Assembly: GCA_963663035.1 (NCBI GenBank)
Contig: OY760074.1
Span: 2,944,001 to 3,008,000 of the forward strand
Source of the DNA: Acidobacteriota bacterium
Lineage (GTDB): Bacteria > Acidobacteriota > UBA6911 > RPQK01 > JADFOI01
Reading direction: 5' to 3'
DNA: 64,000 nt
Shown: positions 1 through 9,302 of the stretch, one piece after another
How positions within the stretch are numbered: the first letter of the stretch is position 1
How the letters are laid out: each line of letters opens with the position of its first letter
Position numbers and translations under genes: made by a program
Notes under the pieces: model-generated
Database searches by the model: none
Told to the model about the DNA's origin: nothing
What the model saw: the letters and a program-made list of their open reading frames with translations, nothing else

Positions 1-1218
1 CCTCTTTTGCATGTCATGAACATTACCGATGTGGATGACAAGATTATCCAAAACGCAAGAGAAGCGGATGTGCCCATCTCGGAGTATACGACTCGCTACG
101 TTGAGGCCTTCTTCAAAGACATGGAAACACTTCACATCCAGAAGCCCGATGTCACACCTTGTGCGACAGAACATATCGACGACATGGTGGAACTGGTTCT
201 CAAGCTGCGCGAGAAGGGCCATACCTATGAAAGGGATGGCTCGATTTACTATCGGATCAGCACCTTTGGGGATTACGGGAAACTCTCCCGTGTGGATCTG
301 TCCGACACCCAGCCAGAGGATCGCGTTGATGCCGACGAATATTCCAAGGAGAATCCTCGAGATTTTGTATTGTGGAAAGCCAGAAAAGAGGGTGAAGCCT
401 ACTGGGATACACCGTTGGGACAGGGGCGCCCCGGGTGGCACCTGGAATGCTCCACCATGAGCATGAAATATCTGGGAGACAGTTTTGACATCCACTGCGG
501 AGGAGTTGATCTGATCTTTCCACATCACGAGAATGAGATCGCTCAAAGTGAAGCAGCCACCAGCAAGCCCTTCGTGCGCCACTGGATCCACTCTGAATTC
601 CTCCTGGTCGAGAGTAATAAAATGTCCAAATCCGAGGGCAACCAGTACACTCTGAAAGATCTCATAGAACGAGGCTGTGATCCCCTGGCCATCCGCTATC
701 TTCTCCAGTCAGTCCACTATCGCAAGCAGTTGAATTTCACCTTTGCCGGGGTGGAACAGGCCCGCTCTGCGCTCCGCCGGATTCATGATTTCCTGTCGCG
801 AGTGGGTGAGGTACCCGACGATCGGCCCGAAAACTCTGACCTGTCCCAGAGAGTGGCCCAGACTCGCAGCGACTTTCTCGCCGGGTTGGATGAAGATTTG
901 AACACCTCACTTGCCCTGGGTGCTCTGTTTGAATTGATCAAAGACACCAACATCCTGTTGGAGCGTCAAGAAGTAGGAACGGTCAACCGAGAACAGATCC
1001 TCGCTCTTTTTGCCGATGCAAATCAGGTATTTGCTGTCTTTGAAACCGAAGAGAGCCAGAGTGAAGACCAGGAGATTGCGAAATTGATTCAAGATCGCGA
1101 GGAGGCCCGTCGGCAGCGTGATTTTCAACGAGCCGATGAACTCCGTGACCTGTTGGCTAGCCAAGGGATTATTCTGGAGGATACGAAGGCAGGAACACGA
1201 TGGAAAAGAGGCGGTTAA
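1..1218 (+). CDS. cysS: Cysteinyl-tRNA synthetase (5' end outside window)
   Basis: NITDVDDKII, GRPGWHLECS, DIHCGGVDLIFPHHENE and KMSKS motifs. Confidence 0.97.
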   Translation, partial: PLLHVMNITDVDDKIIQNAREADVPISEYTTRYVEAFFKDMETLHIQKPDVTPCATEHIDDMVELVLKLREKGHTYERDGSIYYRISTFGDYGKLSRVDLSDTQPEDRVDADEYSKENPRDFVLWKARKEGEAYWDTPLGQGRPGWHLECSTMSMKYLGDSFDIHCGGVDLIFPHHENEIAQSEAATSKPFVRHWIHSEFLLVESNKMSKSEGNQYTLKDLIERGCDPLAIRYLLQSVHYRKQLNFTFAGVEQARSALRRIHDFLSRVGEVPDDRPENSDLSQRVAQTRSDFLAGLDEDLNTSLALGALFELIKDTNILLERQEVGTVNREQILALFADANQVFAVFETEESQSEDQEIAKLIQDREEARRQRDFQRADELRDLLASQGIILEDTKAGTRWKRGG

Positions 1219-2531
1219 GAATCGAAGCTGCCCGAGTACACCCCTTGATAGCCGACTCTATGCCAATCGAGGTGCTCGATGTCGTAGTGGATTTCGAAAA
1301 GAGTCACGGCGCCCACCTTTACGATGCGAAAACGGATCAATTCTTCCTCGACTTTCTATCCTTTTTCGCCACCCTTCCCCTGGGGTTTAATCATCCCCGT
1401 TTGACCTCCCCGGAAGTGGTTGAAGAACTCGGTCGGGTCGCCATTCACAAGCCCTCCAACTCAGACATCTATTCGCGGGAAATGGCGGAGTTCCTGGATG
1501 TCTTCGCTCGCAATGCCAAGCCTGACTTCATGAAATATGCTTTCTTCATCGAAGGAGGAGCACAGGCTGTCGAAAACGCGCTGAAAACGGCTTTTGATTG
1601 GAAAGTGCGGAAAAACCTGGCCCGCGGCTCCAAGAAAGAACGAGGTTACAAAGTCATCCATTTCCAGGAGTCCTTTCATGGGCGCTCCGGTTACACGCTT
1701 TCTCTCACCAATACTTCCGATGTTCGAAAGACACAGTATTTCCCGAAGTTTGATTGGCCTCGCATCGTCAATCCCAAATGTATCTTTCCCCTGGAAGGTG
1801 AAAACCTCCAAAAGGTCGAGAAGATCGAAGCAAAGGCCTTAGCTCAGATTCAGACGTTGCTGGCCAAGGACTCCGAGGACATCTGTGCCCTGATCCTGGA
1901 GCCGATTCAGGGGGAAGGTGGAGACAACCACTTCCGACCTGAATTTCATGCGGAGCTGCGACGCATTTGTGACGAGAATGACATTCTGTTGATTTACGAC
2001 GAAGTCCAGACCGGTTTTGGTGCCACCGGCCGAATGTGGGCCTTTGAACATTACGTTCGCCCCGATATCCTGGCTTTCGGCAAGAAGTTTCAGGTTTGTG
2101 GAATCCTGACCAGTGACAGAGTGGATGAGGTTAGCAACAACGTCTTTCATGTCCCCAGCCGGATTAATTCCACGTGGGGCGGAAACTTGATTGATATGGT
2201 GCGCTGTCGGCTCTACCTGGAGATCTTCGAAGAAGAAAAGGTGTTGGAGCATACCCGCCGCATGGGAGAAGTTCTCCTTGCAGAACTGCGCCAACTGGAA
2301 GAGGAATTTCCCTCGAAGGTTTCCAACTCTCGGGGGATCGGCTTGTTCTGTGCTTTCGATCTTCCCGACGCGGAGTTCCGAACCCAGTTCCAACAAAAAC
2401 TCTTCGAGAATCGCCTGCTCATTCTGCCTTGTGGAGAGCACTCGATCCGCTTTCGAACCGCCCTGAATATCAGCCAAGAAGAACTCCTCAAAGGGCTCCG
2501 TATCATTCGCGAAGTCCTGCACGAATTGTAA
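1200..2531 (+). CDS. lat: L-lysine 6-transaminase (class III PLP aminotransferase)
   Basis: GAQAVENALKTAFDWK, FHGRSGYTLSLT, DEVQTG, AFGKK and RINSTWGG motifs. Confidence 0.9.
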   Translation: MEKRRLRIEAARVHPLIADSMPIEVLDVVVDFEKSHGAHLYDAKTDQFFLDFLSFFATLPLGFNHPRLTSPEVVEELGRVAIHKPSNSDIYSREMAEFLDVFARNAKPDFMKYAFFIEGGAQAVENALKTAFDWKVRKNLARGSKKERGYKVIHFQESFHGRSGYTLSLTNTSDVRKTQYFPKFDWPRIVNPKCIFPLEGENLQKVEKIEAKALAQIQTLLAKDSEDICALILEPIQGEGGDNHFRPEFHAELRRICDENDILLIYDEVQTGFGATGRMWAFEHYVRPDILAFGKKFQVCGILTSDRVDEVSNNVFHVPSRINSTWGGNLIDMVRCRLYLEIFEEEKVLEHTRRMGEVLLAELRQLEEEFPSKVSNSRGIGLFCAFDLPDAEFRTQFQQKLFENRLLILPCGEHSIRFRTALNISQEELLKGLRIIREVLHEL

Positions 2532-2545
2532 GCTCGGGGAGAAGT

Positions 2546-2742
2546 CTAGCCCGAATTATGCATAAAGTTTCTGCTACAGTGGCGCAATCATCCACGCTGA
2601 CGGCGTTGTGTTTCCTTGCGCTCCTCGACGTACTGCATGAGTACGTCTGCGGGGCGCGACCCGCAAGCGGGTACCCCTCACCCGCCTTGTCATCGCGGCG
2701 CTTGCGCCACTTCGCTACGAAAACCTATGCATAATTCGGGCT
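2546..2742 (+). mobile_element. MITE-like repeat, terminus type A, copy 1 (carries both internal hairpin modules)
   Basis: Inverted ends AGCCCGAATTATGCATA...TATGCATAATTCGGGCT resemble the IS1380 ends; core shared with five other copies. Confidence 0.85.
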
Positions 2743-2743
2743 T

Positions 2744-3103
2744 CTAGGATTTGTAGTGGCGGAGAACGAACTCTCTCAGGTCCGCAGTTTCCACCGCAAT
2801 GACATCGATGCGGACTGGCGTTTCGGCAAGCTCATGCCGCAGGAGAAAATCAAAGGCTAACTCATCGAGTTTCTTCTCCTTTTTCCAGTCCACACTCTCC
2901 TCCGGTGGCCACGAGGTGGGAGAATGTCGGGTCTTCACTTCTACGAAGACCAGAGAGGGTCCATCATAGGCAATCAGATCAACCTCTCCCTGAGAGCCTT
3001 TCCAGTTTCTGGCGATGATGTCCCACCCTAACTGCCGGAGATGTTTTAAGGCAATCCACTCACCCCACCTCCCAAATTCTCTTGACGCACTCTGATGTGG
3101 CAT
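2744..3103 (-). CDS. yraN: YraN/UPF0102 family protein
   Basis: GRWGE...ARNW...GEVDLIA...LVFVEVKTR; ATG at 3103 follows AGGAGGG (the listed ORF is over-extended through the tRNA). Confidence 0.9.
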   Translation of the reverse strand: MPHQSASREFGRWGEWIALKHLRQLGWDIIARNWKGSQGEVDLIAYDGPSLVFVEVKTRHSPTSWPPEESVDWKKEKKLDELAFDFLLRHELAETPVRIDVIAVETADLREFVLRHYKS

Positions 3104-3179
3104 TTCCCTCCTGCCAACTAATACGTTCAAGAGTATGAAAACTACGAGATTGACTGACCGGGGAGGGGGTGGGGCCACG

Positions 3180-3208
3180 TTGACAATCAGAGAAGGTGAT
3201 TTTATGAT
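3180..3208 (+). promoter_or_regulatory. Sigma-70 promoter of tRNA-Gly
   Basis: TTGACA-17 nt-TATGAT. Confidence 0.8.
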
Positions 3209-3223
3209 AATTTCAGTCATAGA

Positions 3224-3298
<75 letters not shown>

Positions 3299-3307
3299 TT
3301 CTTTTTT

Positions 3308-4604
3308 GGTGCATTCCGGACACATAGGTTACAGTTTATTCCGAAGACATAGGTAACACCTTTGCACCAAAAGGGTTATTTATAGGTTCAAACCTTCTAC
3401 TGTCTTCGTCAAAGTAACCGAGGTCGTATTCCATAAACGACACCAGCCAAATTTTCTCTTTGACCTCTTTGATTCCAACATCTTGACCAGCAAACACCGT
3501 GCTGAAGTTGATCTTTTGACTTTTCATACAGATTCTGCCGCAGCTGGTGACGGTCACGGTGCGATCGTGCATGGGGTACTCGACGCGCCCGATTCCTCGG
3601 TAGGGACAAGATGCGGGAGTATAGACCTCGGACGGAAACTTCATGCCCAGGGCCTCATGAGGTCTCTCAGTATTGTATTCCGCCTGAAAGGCATTAAACC
3701 TCTCTTGCTGCTGAAGAAGGTTGTGGGCAGCGGGAACGACTGTGGCCTTCTTGAGGGTGAGATGAAGGCGCTCATGCCTTCCGTTCTGCTCGGGATGGCC
3801 GGGCTTGATCCTCTCGATTCGGATTCCTAGCCTAAGCCACCAGACGGCCAGTCGACTGAGTCCAAACAATCCGTTGGGTGATGCAAAAGGGACTCCGTTG
3901 TCCGTGCGGATCGCTTCCGGCAAACCTAACTCTTGAAAGGTTCTCTCGAATACGGGGAAAGCACCTCTTTCCTTAACACTGTCGAGAGCCTCGATGGCGA
4001 GCAGATAACGGCTGGCGTGATCGCTCACGGTGAGAGGATAACAGTACCGTTTGTCTCCCAGCATGAACTCTCCTTTGAAGTCGGCAGACCAAAGGTCATT
4101 GGGATTCTGGCTGCTGGACAATCGAGTCCCCTCTGCCTTGAACCGTCGCCGTTTTCTACAGTTCACCAGGCCGTTGCGATCCAGAACCGCGTGAACTGTG
4201 CTCACCGCAGGCGGCCGTACATTCGGAAACCTACGAATCAGGAGCGCCCGAATCTTGGGAGCTCCCCAATACGGCTTCTCTCGCTTTAGCCTGACCAGGG
4301 TCCGTTCCACCTGTTCGGGCAGTTGGTTTCCGTAACGATGCGGCTTGCGGCTCCGATCCACCAGGGCGTAAGCGCCGGTGTTTTGATAGCGGTTCCAAAT
4401 CTTGTAGCCCGTCTTTCTGGATATCCCAAACTCCTCACACAGACGGCTCATGGACTCCCCATCCAACAGCTTCGCTATAAATCTCATTCTCTCGTCCATC
4501 ACACAGATCTCCTTCCATGGCATCTCTGGGCACCTCCCAGAAGAAGCCTATAAGTGTTACCCATGTGTCCGGTATAATTTGTTACCCATCTTTCGGAATG
4601 GGCA
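3308..4604 (-). mobile_element. IS481-family insertion sequence
   Basis: Imperfect inverted ends with doubled subterminal repeats (CCGGACACATRGGTWACA); TTTTTT direct repeats at 3302-3307 and 4605-4610. Confidence 0.9.
3336..4523 (-). CDS. IS481-family transposase
   Basis: MPWKE start, HTH, WSADFKG...RTDNG...NGRHER integrase core. Confidence 0.95.
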   Translation of the reverse strand: MPWKEICVMDERMRFIAKLLDGESMSRLCEEFGISRKTGYKIWNRYQNTGAYALVDRSRKPHRYGNQLPEQVERTLVRLKREKPYWGAPKIRALLIRRFPNVRPPAVSTVHAVLDRNGLVNCRKRRRFKAEGTRLSSSQNPNDLWSADFKGEFMLGDKRYCYPLTVSDHASRYLLAIEALDSVKERGAFPVFERTFQELGLPEAIRTDNGVPFASPNGLFGLSRLAVWWLRLGIRIERIKPGHPEQNGRHERLHLTLKKATVVPAAHNLLQQQERFNAFQAEYNTERPHEALGMKFPSEVYTPASCPYRGIGRVEYPMHDRTVTVTSCGRICMKSQKINFSTVFAGQDVGIKEVKEKIWLVSFMEYDLGYFDEDSRRFEPINNPFGAKVLPMSSE

Positions 4605-4635
4605 TTTTTTACTTCTCAGCGGAAAGGGGTGGGGT

Positions 4636-4911
4636 ATGAAGCTCAATATTAAGGCACTGTCTCTGACTGTCGCAATCGTGTGGGGAGGCAGCATTCTACT
4701 GATTGGTTTGGGCAACTTGATGGCTAACACCTACGGAGGGGCCTTCCTGGAAGTGGTTGCTTCGATTTATCCAGGATACCAGGCCACCTCCTCCTTTGGG
4801 GACGTCATCGTGGGGACACTTTACGGTCTGGTGGATGGATTGATCGGTGGTCTGCTCATCGGGTGGGTGTACAATAAGCTGGTCCCGGAGAGTTCAGTGT
4901 CATCAGCCTAG
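4636..4911 (+). CDS. Small two-TM membrane protein (YPGY motif; family often labelled holin-like)
   Basis: MKLNIKALSL...SIYPGY...LIGWVYNKL; its TAG stop is part of the IS1380 target site. Confidence 0.75.
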   Translation: MKLNIKALSLTVAIVWGGSILLIGLGNLMANTYGGAFLEVVASIYPGYQATSSFGDVIVGTLYGLVDGLIGGLLIGWVYNKLVPESSVSSA

Positions 4912-6550
4912 CCGCAATTATTCATAAGTTTGGGGTGAGTGTCGATTTTCTGCGGAAGTTCAGGGCTGAGAGTGTGTTCAGGTGCGATTACAAGGCGTCC
5001 AAGCTTGTTGAGCCGAATAGAGATGAAGCGAGAGCCCCTTCCGGAAACAGCTCGGCCCGCAGGGGGCTGTATATCTGTGTTGGCGCAGGGAGTCAGGGGA
5101 CCGTCAGGTGGGACACAGACGGTGCATCAGTAATGCGAAGAGCTTTTGTTCGGGATAAGACGATGCCAGGTGCACCCAGATGCGACGAGAAGTTTCCCGA
5201 ACCCGGGCACCGATTTTGAACAGGCGGCGGCGGAGCGTCTCAATCTCCAGGTTGTGCCAGGGAGTCCCGCACAGGTAATCCCGCAGGCGCAGGATTAAGA
5301 CATAGGCCAGGGCGTGGATGAAGAGTCGGAACTGGTTGGCCAGGAAACGGTGGCAGCTCAAGCGATCCATGGCCAGATCTTTTTTGAAAGCTTTCACGAA
5401 GTTCTCGCACTGGCCCCGTCCGATGTAGTGGTCATACAGCTGCCCGGCCGTGAGATCCTGGCGGTTGGTGACCACAAAGCGACGGTTGAACCCGCGCTCG
5501 CTCACTTCCACCTTGGCCACCATGCGCCGCTCCCGGTCCCAACTGTCGGCCTGATAGACGAGCTCGGTGAACTGGCGTTGCTTTTCTCCTGAGTCGTCAT
5601 AGTCTGCTTGCACCTGCTCAACCAAGGGCTCGACGGTGGCCGCCAGCCGGGAGTTGCGGGCAAAGCCCACCACATACTGCAGTTTTTCCTCCTCACAGAA
5701 CTCGTACAGTGCCGGCGTCGCAAAGCCACTGTCGGCTCGCACTTCGATCGGAACATCGGATCCCAGAACCTGGCGCATCCGGGCCACCACCCGTTTGAGA
5801 ACCGCCACCGCGTGGGCGGCCGCCCCCTGGTTGCCGGGCCGCAGTAGCGCACATACCAGATCGCCCGTCTCGCCATCGAATAGCAACAGCGGATGATACA
5901 TGTGCTCGCGATAATAGCCGTGGTAAAAGCTGAACTCCTGCTGCCCATGCGTGACGTCATCCGTGCTGTCGATGTCCAGGATGATCTTCTCGGGCCGGCT
6001 CTTCTTGCGGTGCTTCAAGTAGGTCTCCAGCAGCCACTGTCCCAGGCGAGTGAGATCCTTCGAGTCCACCGAGTTCTCCAGTCGCGACAGCGTGGGTTGA
6101 GAAGCCAGATCCGGATCGCTTTCCGGCAGCCGATCACACACGGTCTTGAAGATGGGATCCGAGCGCAAGCTGTCGGCATCGTTGCAGTCCTCATAGCCGG
6201 CCACGATCTGAAAGCTGCGCTGGGTGAGCAGTTCGCGAATCTGGTGGCGGACGTAGCGGCTATCTCGAGCGTCCTTCAGGCAGGAGGCAAAGCCAGCCGT
6301 CAGTCCGTGCTGTTGATCCAGGGCGTACAGACACAGCAGCCCGGCATCGGAGGAGAGCCGGCCTCCATCGAATCGAGCCACCACTTTTCTGTCAGGGTGA
6401 GATGGCAAGTTGATCTGGCAGACTGATGCATCGCTGGGTCGTACCTTTTTGGTTTGGAGTTGTTTCATAACCCCTTTTATATCAAAGAGGTACGGCATCT
6501 TTTTGTGCCCTCGATCAGACCCCTTCTTCAGAATTTATGAATAATCCGGG
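4912..6550 (-). mobile_element. IS1380-family insertion sequence, copy 1
   Basis: Ends CCGCAATTATTCATAA / TTATGAATAATCCGGG, flanked by CTAG at 4908-4911 and 6551-6554. Confidence 0.95.
5104..6498 (-). CDS. IS1380-family DDE transposase
   Basis: FDGGRLSSDAG, LASQPTLSRLEN, LDIDST, VRADSGF and RGQCEN motifs. Confidence 0.95.
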   Translation of the reverse strand: MPYLFDIKGVMKQLQTKKVRPSDASVCQINLPSHPDRKVVARFDGGRLSSDAGLLCLYALDQQHGLTAGFASCLKDARDSRYVRHQIRELLTQRSFQIVAGYEDCNDADSLRSDPIFKTVCDRLPESDPDLASQPTLSRLENSVDSKDLTRLGQWLLETYLKHRKKSRPEKIILDIDSTDDVTHGQQEFSFYHGYYREHMYHPLLLFDGETGDLVCALLRPGNQGAAAHAVAVLKRVVARMRQVLGSDVPIEVRADSGFATPALYEFCEEEKLQYVVGFARNSRLAATVEPLVEQVQADYDDSGEKQRQFTELVYQADSWDRERRMVAKVEVSERGFNRRFVVTNRQDLTAGQLYDHYIGRGQCENFVKAFKKDLAMDRLSCHRFLANQFRLFIHALAYVLILRLRDYLCGTPWHNLEIETLRRRLFKIGARVRETSRRIWVHLASSYPEQKLFALLMHRLCPT

Positions 6551-6579
6551 CTAGGGCGGGCATCCAGGCGGCGCAGAGG

Positions 6580-7619
6580 TCAGCTGCCTTTGCAGTCCGT
6601 TTCGAGCCTCTTCAGGTCAGGAGTTCTTCCGATGACCACCAGAGTGTCGTTGGTCGCAAGCTTTGTGGAGGCTTCCGGATTGAAAGCCATTTCTCCGTTT
6701 GCCTGTTTAATAGCCACGACGACCACGCCGTAGCGGCTTCTAATTTCAGACTTGGCAAGGGTGAGATTCTGAAGGCGTGATCCCTCGCAAGCCGTGATTT
6801 CCTCCATGCTGAGTTGAAGATGTTCGCGATGGGTGACCAGCTCCAAAAAGTCGCCGACGGTGGGCTTGGTGGCAGCATCAAGAATACGCGCATAGGCTGT
6901 CTTATAAAGGGAGATCACCCTATCTGCTCCGCTTCGCTCGAGTCTTCGTTCGGCCTTCTCATCAGAAGCTCTGGCAATCACCGTAACCTCGGGATTCAGC
7001 TCCTTGGCAGTGATAGTCAGGTACAAGTTGTCCGCGTCGGAGCCAAGCAGGGCCAGAACCACCTTTGCCCTCTCGATGCCCGCTGCCATCAGCACCGATT
7101 CATCGGTAGGGTCACCGATGACGTAGAGTTGCTGAGCAGTCTGCATTTCTGTCTCTCGATCGAGATCACTCTCTACGATGCACAACGGGTAGCCTTCCTT
7201 CTCCAGGTCTTTAGCGACGGGCTTTCCGAGCCTGCCCAGGCCACAGAGACGATATAATGATCCTTTAAGTTCGCTACGTCCTTATTCATCCTTTTCCTTC
7301 CCATCACACCCTGAAGTTCGCCCTCCAGAAGAACCTGGCCCAATCTCGTGAAAGTGTAAATGGCCGTTCCGATACCGGTAACGATCAAGAAACTTGCGAA
7401 CACTCGACCCTCATAAGACAGTGGGTGTGTTTCGCCAAAGCCGACTGTAGAAATAGTGATGATGGTCATGTAAAAAGAGTCAAAGAATGACCAACCCTCA
7501 ATCAGGTTGAAGCCCAAGGTACCCAATATTGTCCAAAAGCCCAGTAGGGCGACCCCCAGCACAACGCTGGTTTGTTGTCTTCTTAAAGGAACCGGCAGGT
7601 AAGCCTTCTGTCCTGTCAT
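6580..7619 (-). pseudogene. Two-TM potassium channel with TrkA-N/TrkA-C (RCK) domains, frameshifted
   Basis: TISTVGFGE selectivity filter; removing 2 nt at about 7245-7248 restores HYIVCGLGRLG and joins ORFs 7173..7661 and 6580..7185. Confidence 0.85.
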
Positions 7620-7829
7620 AAGGGGCTTAACACCATTAGTGGATTCTAGCCCTTTTGCCAATGGAGGGGAACCAGCGGCTCCCAGGGGAGCGTTCTTTCT
7701 TTCACTGTCGGACTTTCAACATCTCTCTGTTCGGATAGACCAATTTGTCACAGCATGTGGATAGAATTGGGCATACTATTTAAAATGCACCAGCAGAAAA
7801 AGCTGTGAAACCACGCCAAAACTGAGTCC

Positions 7830-7967
7830 ATGAGGGGGAGCTTGCGGAGGAACAGGCCTGGGAAGCGGCTCAACAAAAAAGGAAGGGCGAGGCAGACGTT
7901 CATCCTTCTTCTTATGATTATCTCAGTGGTCATTGTGGCCCTGTTGATAGCACGTTTCCCTGTCTGA
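7830..7967 (+). CDS. Putative 45-aa single-TM small protein (not in the ORF track)
   Basis: MRGSLRRNRPGKRLNKKGRARQTFILLLMIISVVIVALLIARFPV: basic N-terminus plus hydrophobic helix. Confidence 0.5.
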   Translation: MRGSLRRNRPGKRLNKKGRARQTFILLLMIISVVIVALLIARFPV

Positions 7968-7982
7968 TTCAGAGCCAGGATT

Positions 7983-8270
7983 ATGGAAGACCGCAGACGA
8001 AATGAGGCCGCCATAGCTGAGAGGGTCCGTGAGTTGGCACAAAGCTATTGCATCCAGGTCGAACAGGTGTCTTATAGTCCCGTCGACAATCCGCTCAACC
8101 AGGAAACCGAACTGACTGTCTCATTTGATGTGGGTAACAGAAAGCGACCAGGTGAGATTAAGATTCCCGTAAAGGATGTTGATGACTATCAAAGTGGCTC
8201 TGATGCGAGAATGCGGTTGGACAGAAAGATAGAGTCTGTCTTGGGCACCATCGACTCCCGCTCGGGCTAG
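7983..8270 (+). CDS. Hypothetical protein, 95 aa
   Basis: AGGA before ATG; globular composition; stop coincides with the repeat target CTAG. Confidence 0.6.
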   Translation: MEDRRRNEAAIAERVRELAQSYCIQVEQVSYSPVDNPLNQETELTVSFDVGNRKRPGEIKIPVKDVDDYQSGSDARMRLDRKIESVLGTIDSRSG

Positions 8271-8420
8271 CCGGGATCATGCATAGATTTTCGTGACAAA
8301 GTGCCGCAGGCGGCGCGATGACAAGGAGCCCAAGGGGTACCCGCTTTGCGGGTCGCACAACGCAGTCAGCGTGGATGATTGCGGCACTGCAGTAGAAAAT
8401 TTATGCATGATCCCGGCTAG
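8267..8420 (-). mobile_element. MITE-like repeat, terminus type A, copy 2
   Basis: CTAG-CCGGGATCATGCATA...TATGCATGATCCCGG-CTAG plus shared core. Confidence 0.88.
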
Positions 8421-8457
8421 AAAAACACATGAGGATTCCTGGCCTGGGCGTTCTTGC

Positions 8458-8577
8458 TTAGACCCGTCGCTCCGGCGGGAAGATCAGAGGCTGGTCAATG
8501 GGGCACCAAGCCATCAGTAAGGCCGCACTGACTAACAAGAGAATCATCAGAACAATGATCAGCGTTTTTTGGTTCAC
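8458..8577 (-). CDS. Putative 39-aa single-TM small protein (not in the ORF track)
   Basis: GTG start; MNQKTLIIVLMILLLVSAALLMAWCPIDQPLIFPPERRV. Confidence 0.45.
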   Translation of the reverse strand: MNQKTLIIVLMILLLVSAALLMAWCPIDQPLIFPPERRV

Positions 8578-8618
8578 TGCTCTTCTTCAGGGTAGAACGA
8601 TTCGCCAGTTAACGCGTA

Positions 8619-9065
8619 CTACTCTGAAGCTTCCTTCCACTTGAGTGTCCACTGCCCTGAGGACCAGACCGGTACCAGGTCAGTCGGGGAGACAGAGTCA
8701 TCCTCGGTCTGAACGCTGACCCACCTTCCTGCGAACCACCTGGAACTGCGTCCAGACTTTATCCGCTGGCCAGGCATTCTAACCACCTTGAAACCGCGGG
8801 AAACATTGCGGGGACGCCAGTGGAAAAATTGAAAATTGAGAACGAACCCATGAGGAGAATGGAGAGATGCCTGGAGATGGAATAGCTGATGGTGAAGCTG
8901 TTGATGGAGATGAAAGAGTTGATGATGGCCTTGCAAATGGGCTAAGTCGAGCTGTTGAGGCTGCACCTTAGGGACAATCTTGTAGCGGCGGACTTCTCCC
9001 AAGAGCCACACCGACGTTCCCAGGTATAAGAAGAATAAGACTAGAATCGCCTTTTGGATCATCAT
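8619..9065 (-). CDS. Hypothetical exported protein with a His/Gln-rich segment
   Basis: GGGAGGT RBS, signal-like N-terminus, repeated HHQLFHL. Confidence 0.6.
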   Translation of the reverse strand: MMIQKAILVLFFLYLGTSVWLLGEVRRYKIVPKVQPQQLDLAHLQGHHQLFHLHQQLHHQLFHLQASLHSPHGFVLNFQFFHWRPRNVSRGFKVVRMPGQRIKSGRSSRWFAGRWVSVQTEDDSVSPTDLVPVWSSGQWTLKWKEASE

Positions 9066-9122
9066 TACCTCCCTGCTACTTTAGATTTGTACCTAGTATA
9101 CTCCCTCTACCGCAATGGAGCG

Positions 9123-9265
9123 AGTGAGTGAAATCCCCCACTCACTGGGACCTTTGCCCTTATTCTAGCTCTCCTCACCCTTGCCTCTCCTGGCCCTGAA
9201 TAGCGGTAAGTTGCTTTTCAATCAGTGAGTTGCACGAGATGCGGGAGAACGGCACGGAAATTGCT
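9123..9265 (+). promoter_or_regulatory. Sigma-54 promoter with IHF site and palindromic upstream site
   Basis: CGGCACG-GAAA-TTGCT 9250-9265; AATCAGTGAGTTG 9220-9232 fits WATCARN4TTR; AGTGAGTG-N8-CACTCACT 9123-9146. Confidence 0.7.
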
Positions 9266-9302
9266 ATCTAAGAGAGCAGGGTGGGTAGGGACAAGTGCCT
9301 AG

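Noticed and set aside
2429-2734. ORFs crossing the repeats (also 8158-8358, 8293-8520, 19894-20152, 50402-50793)
   Set aside because: They are translations of the non-coding repeat; their mutual similarity reflects the DNA repeat.
4636-4911. Holin-like gene as evidence of a prophage
   Set aside because: No phage genes are nearby.
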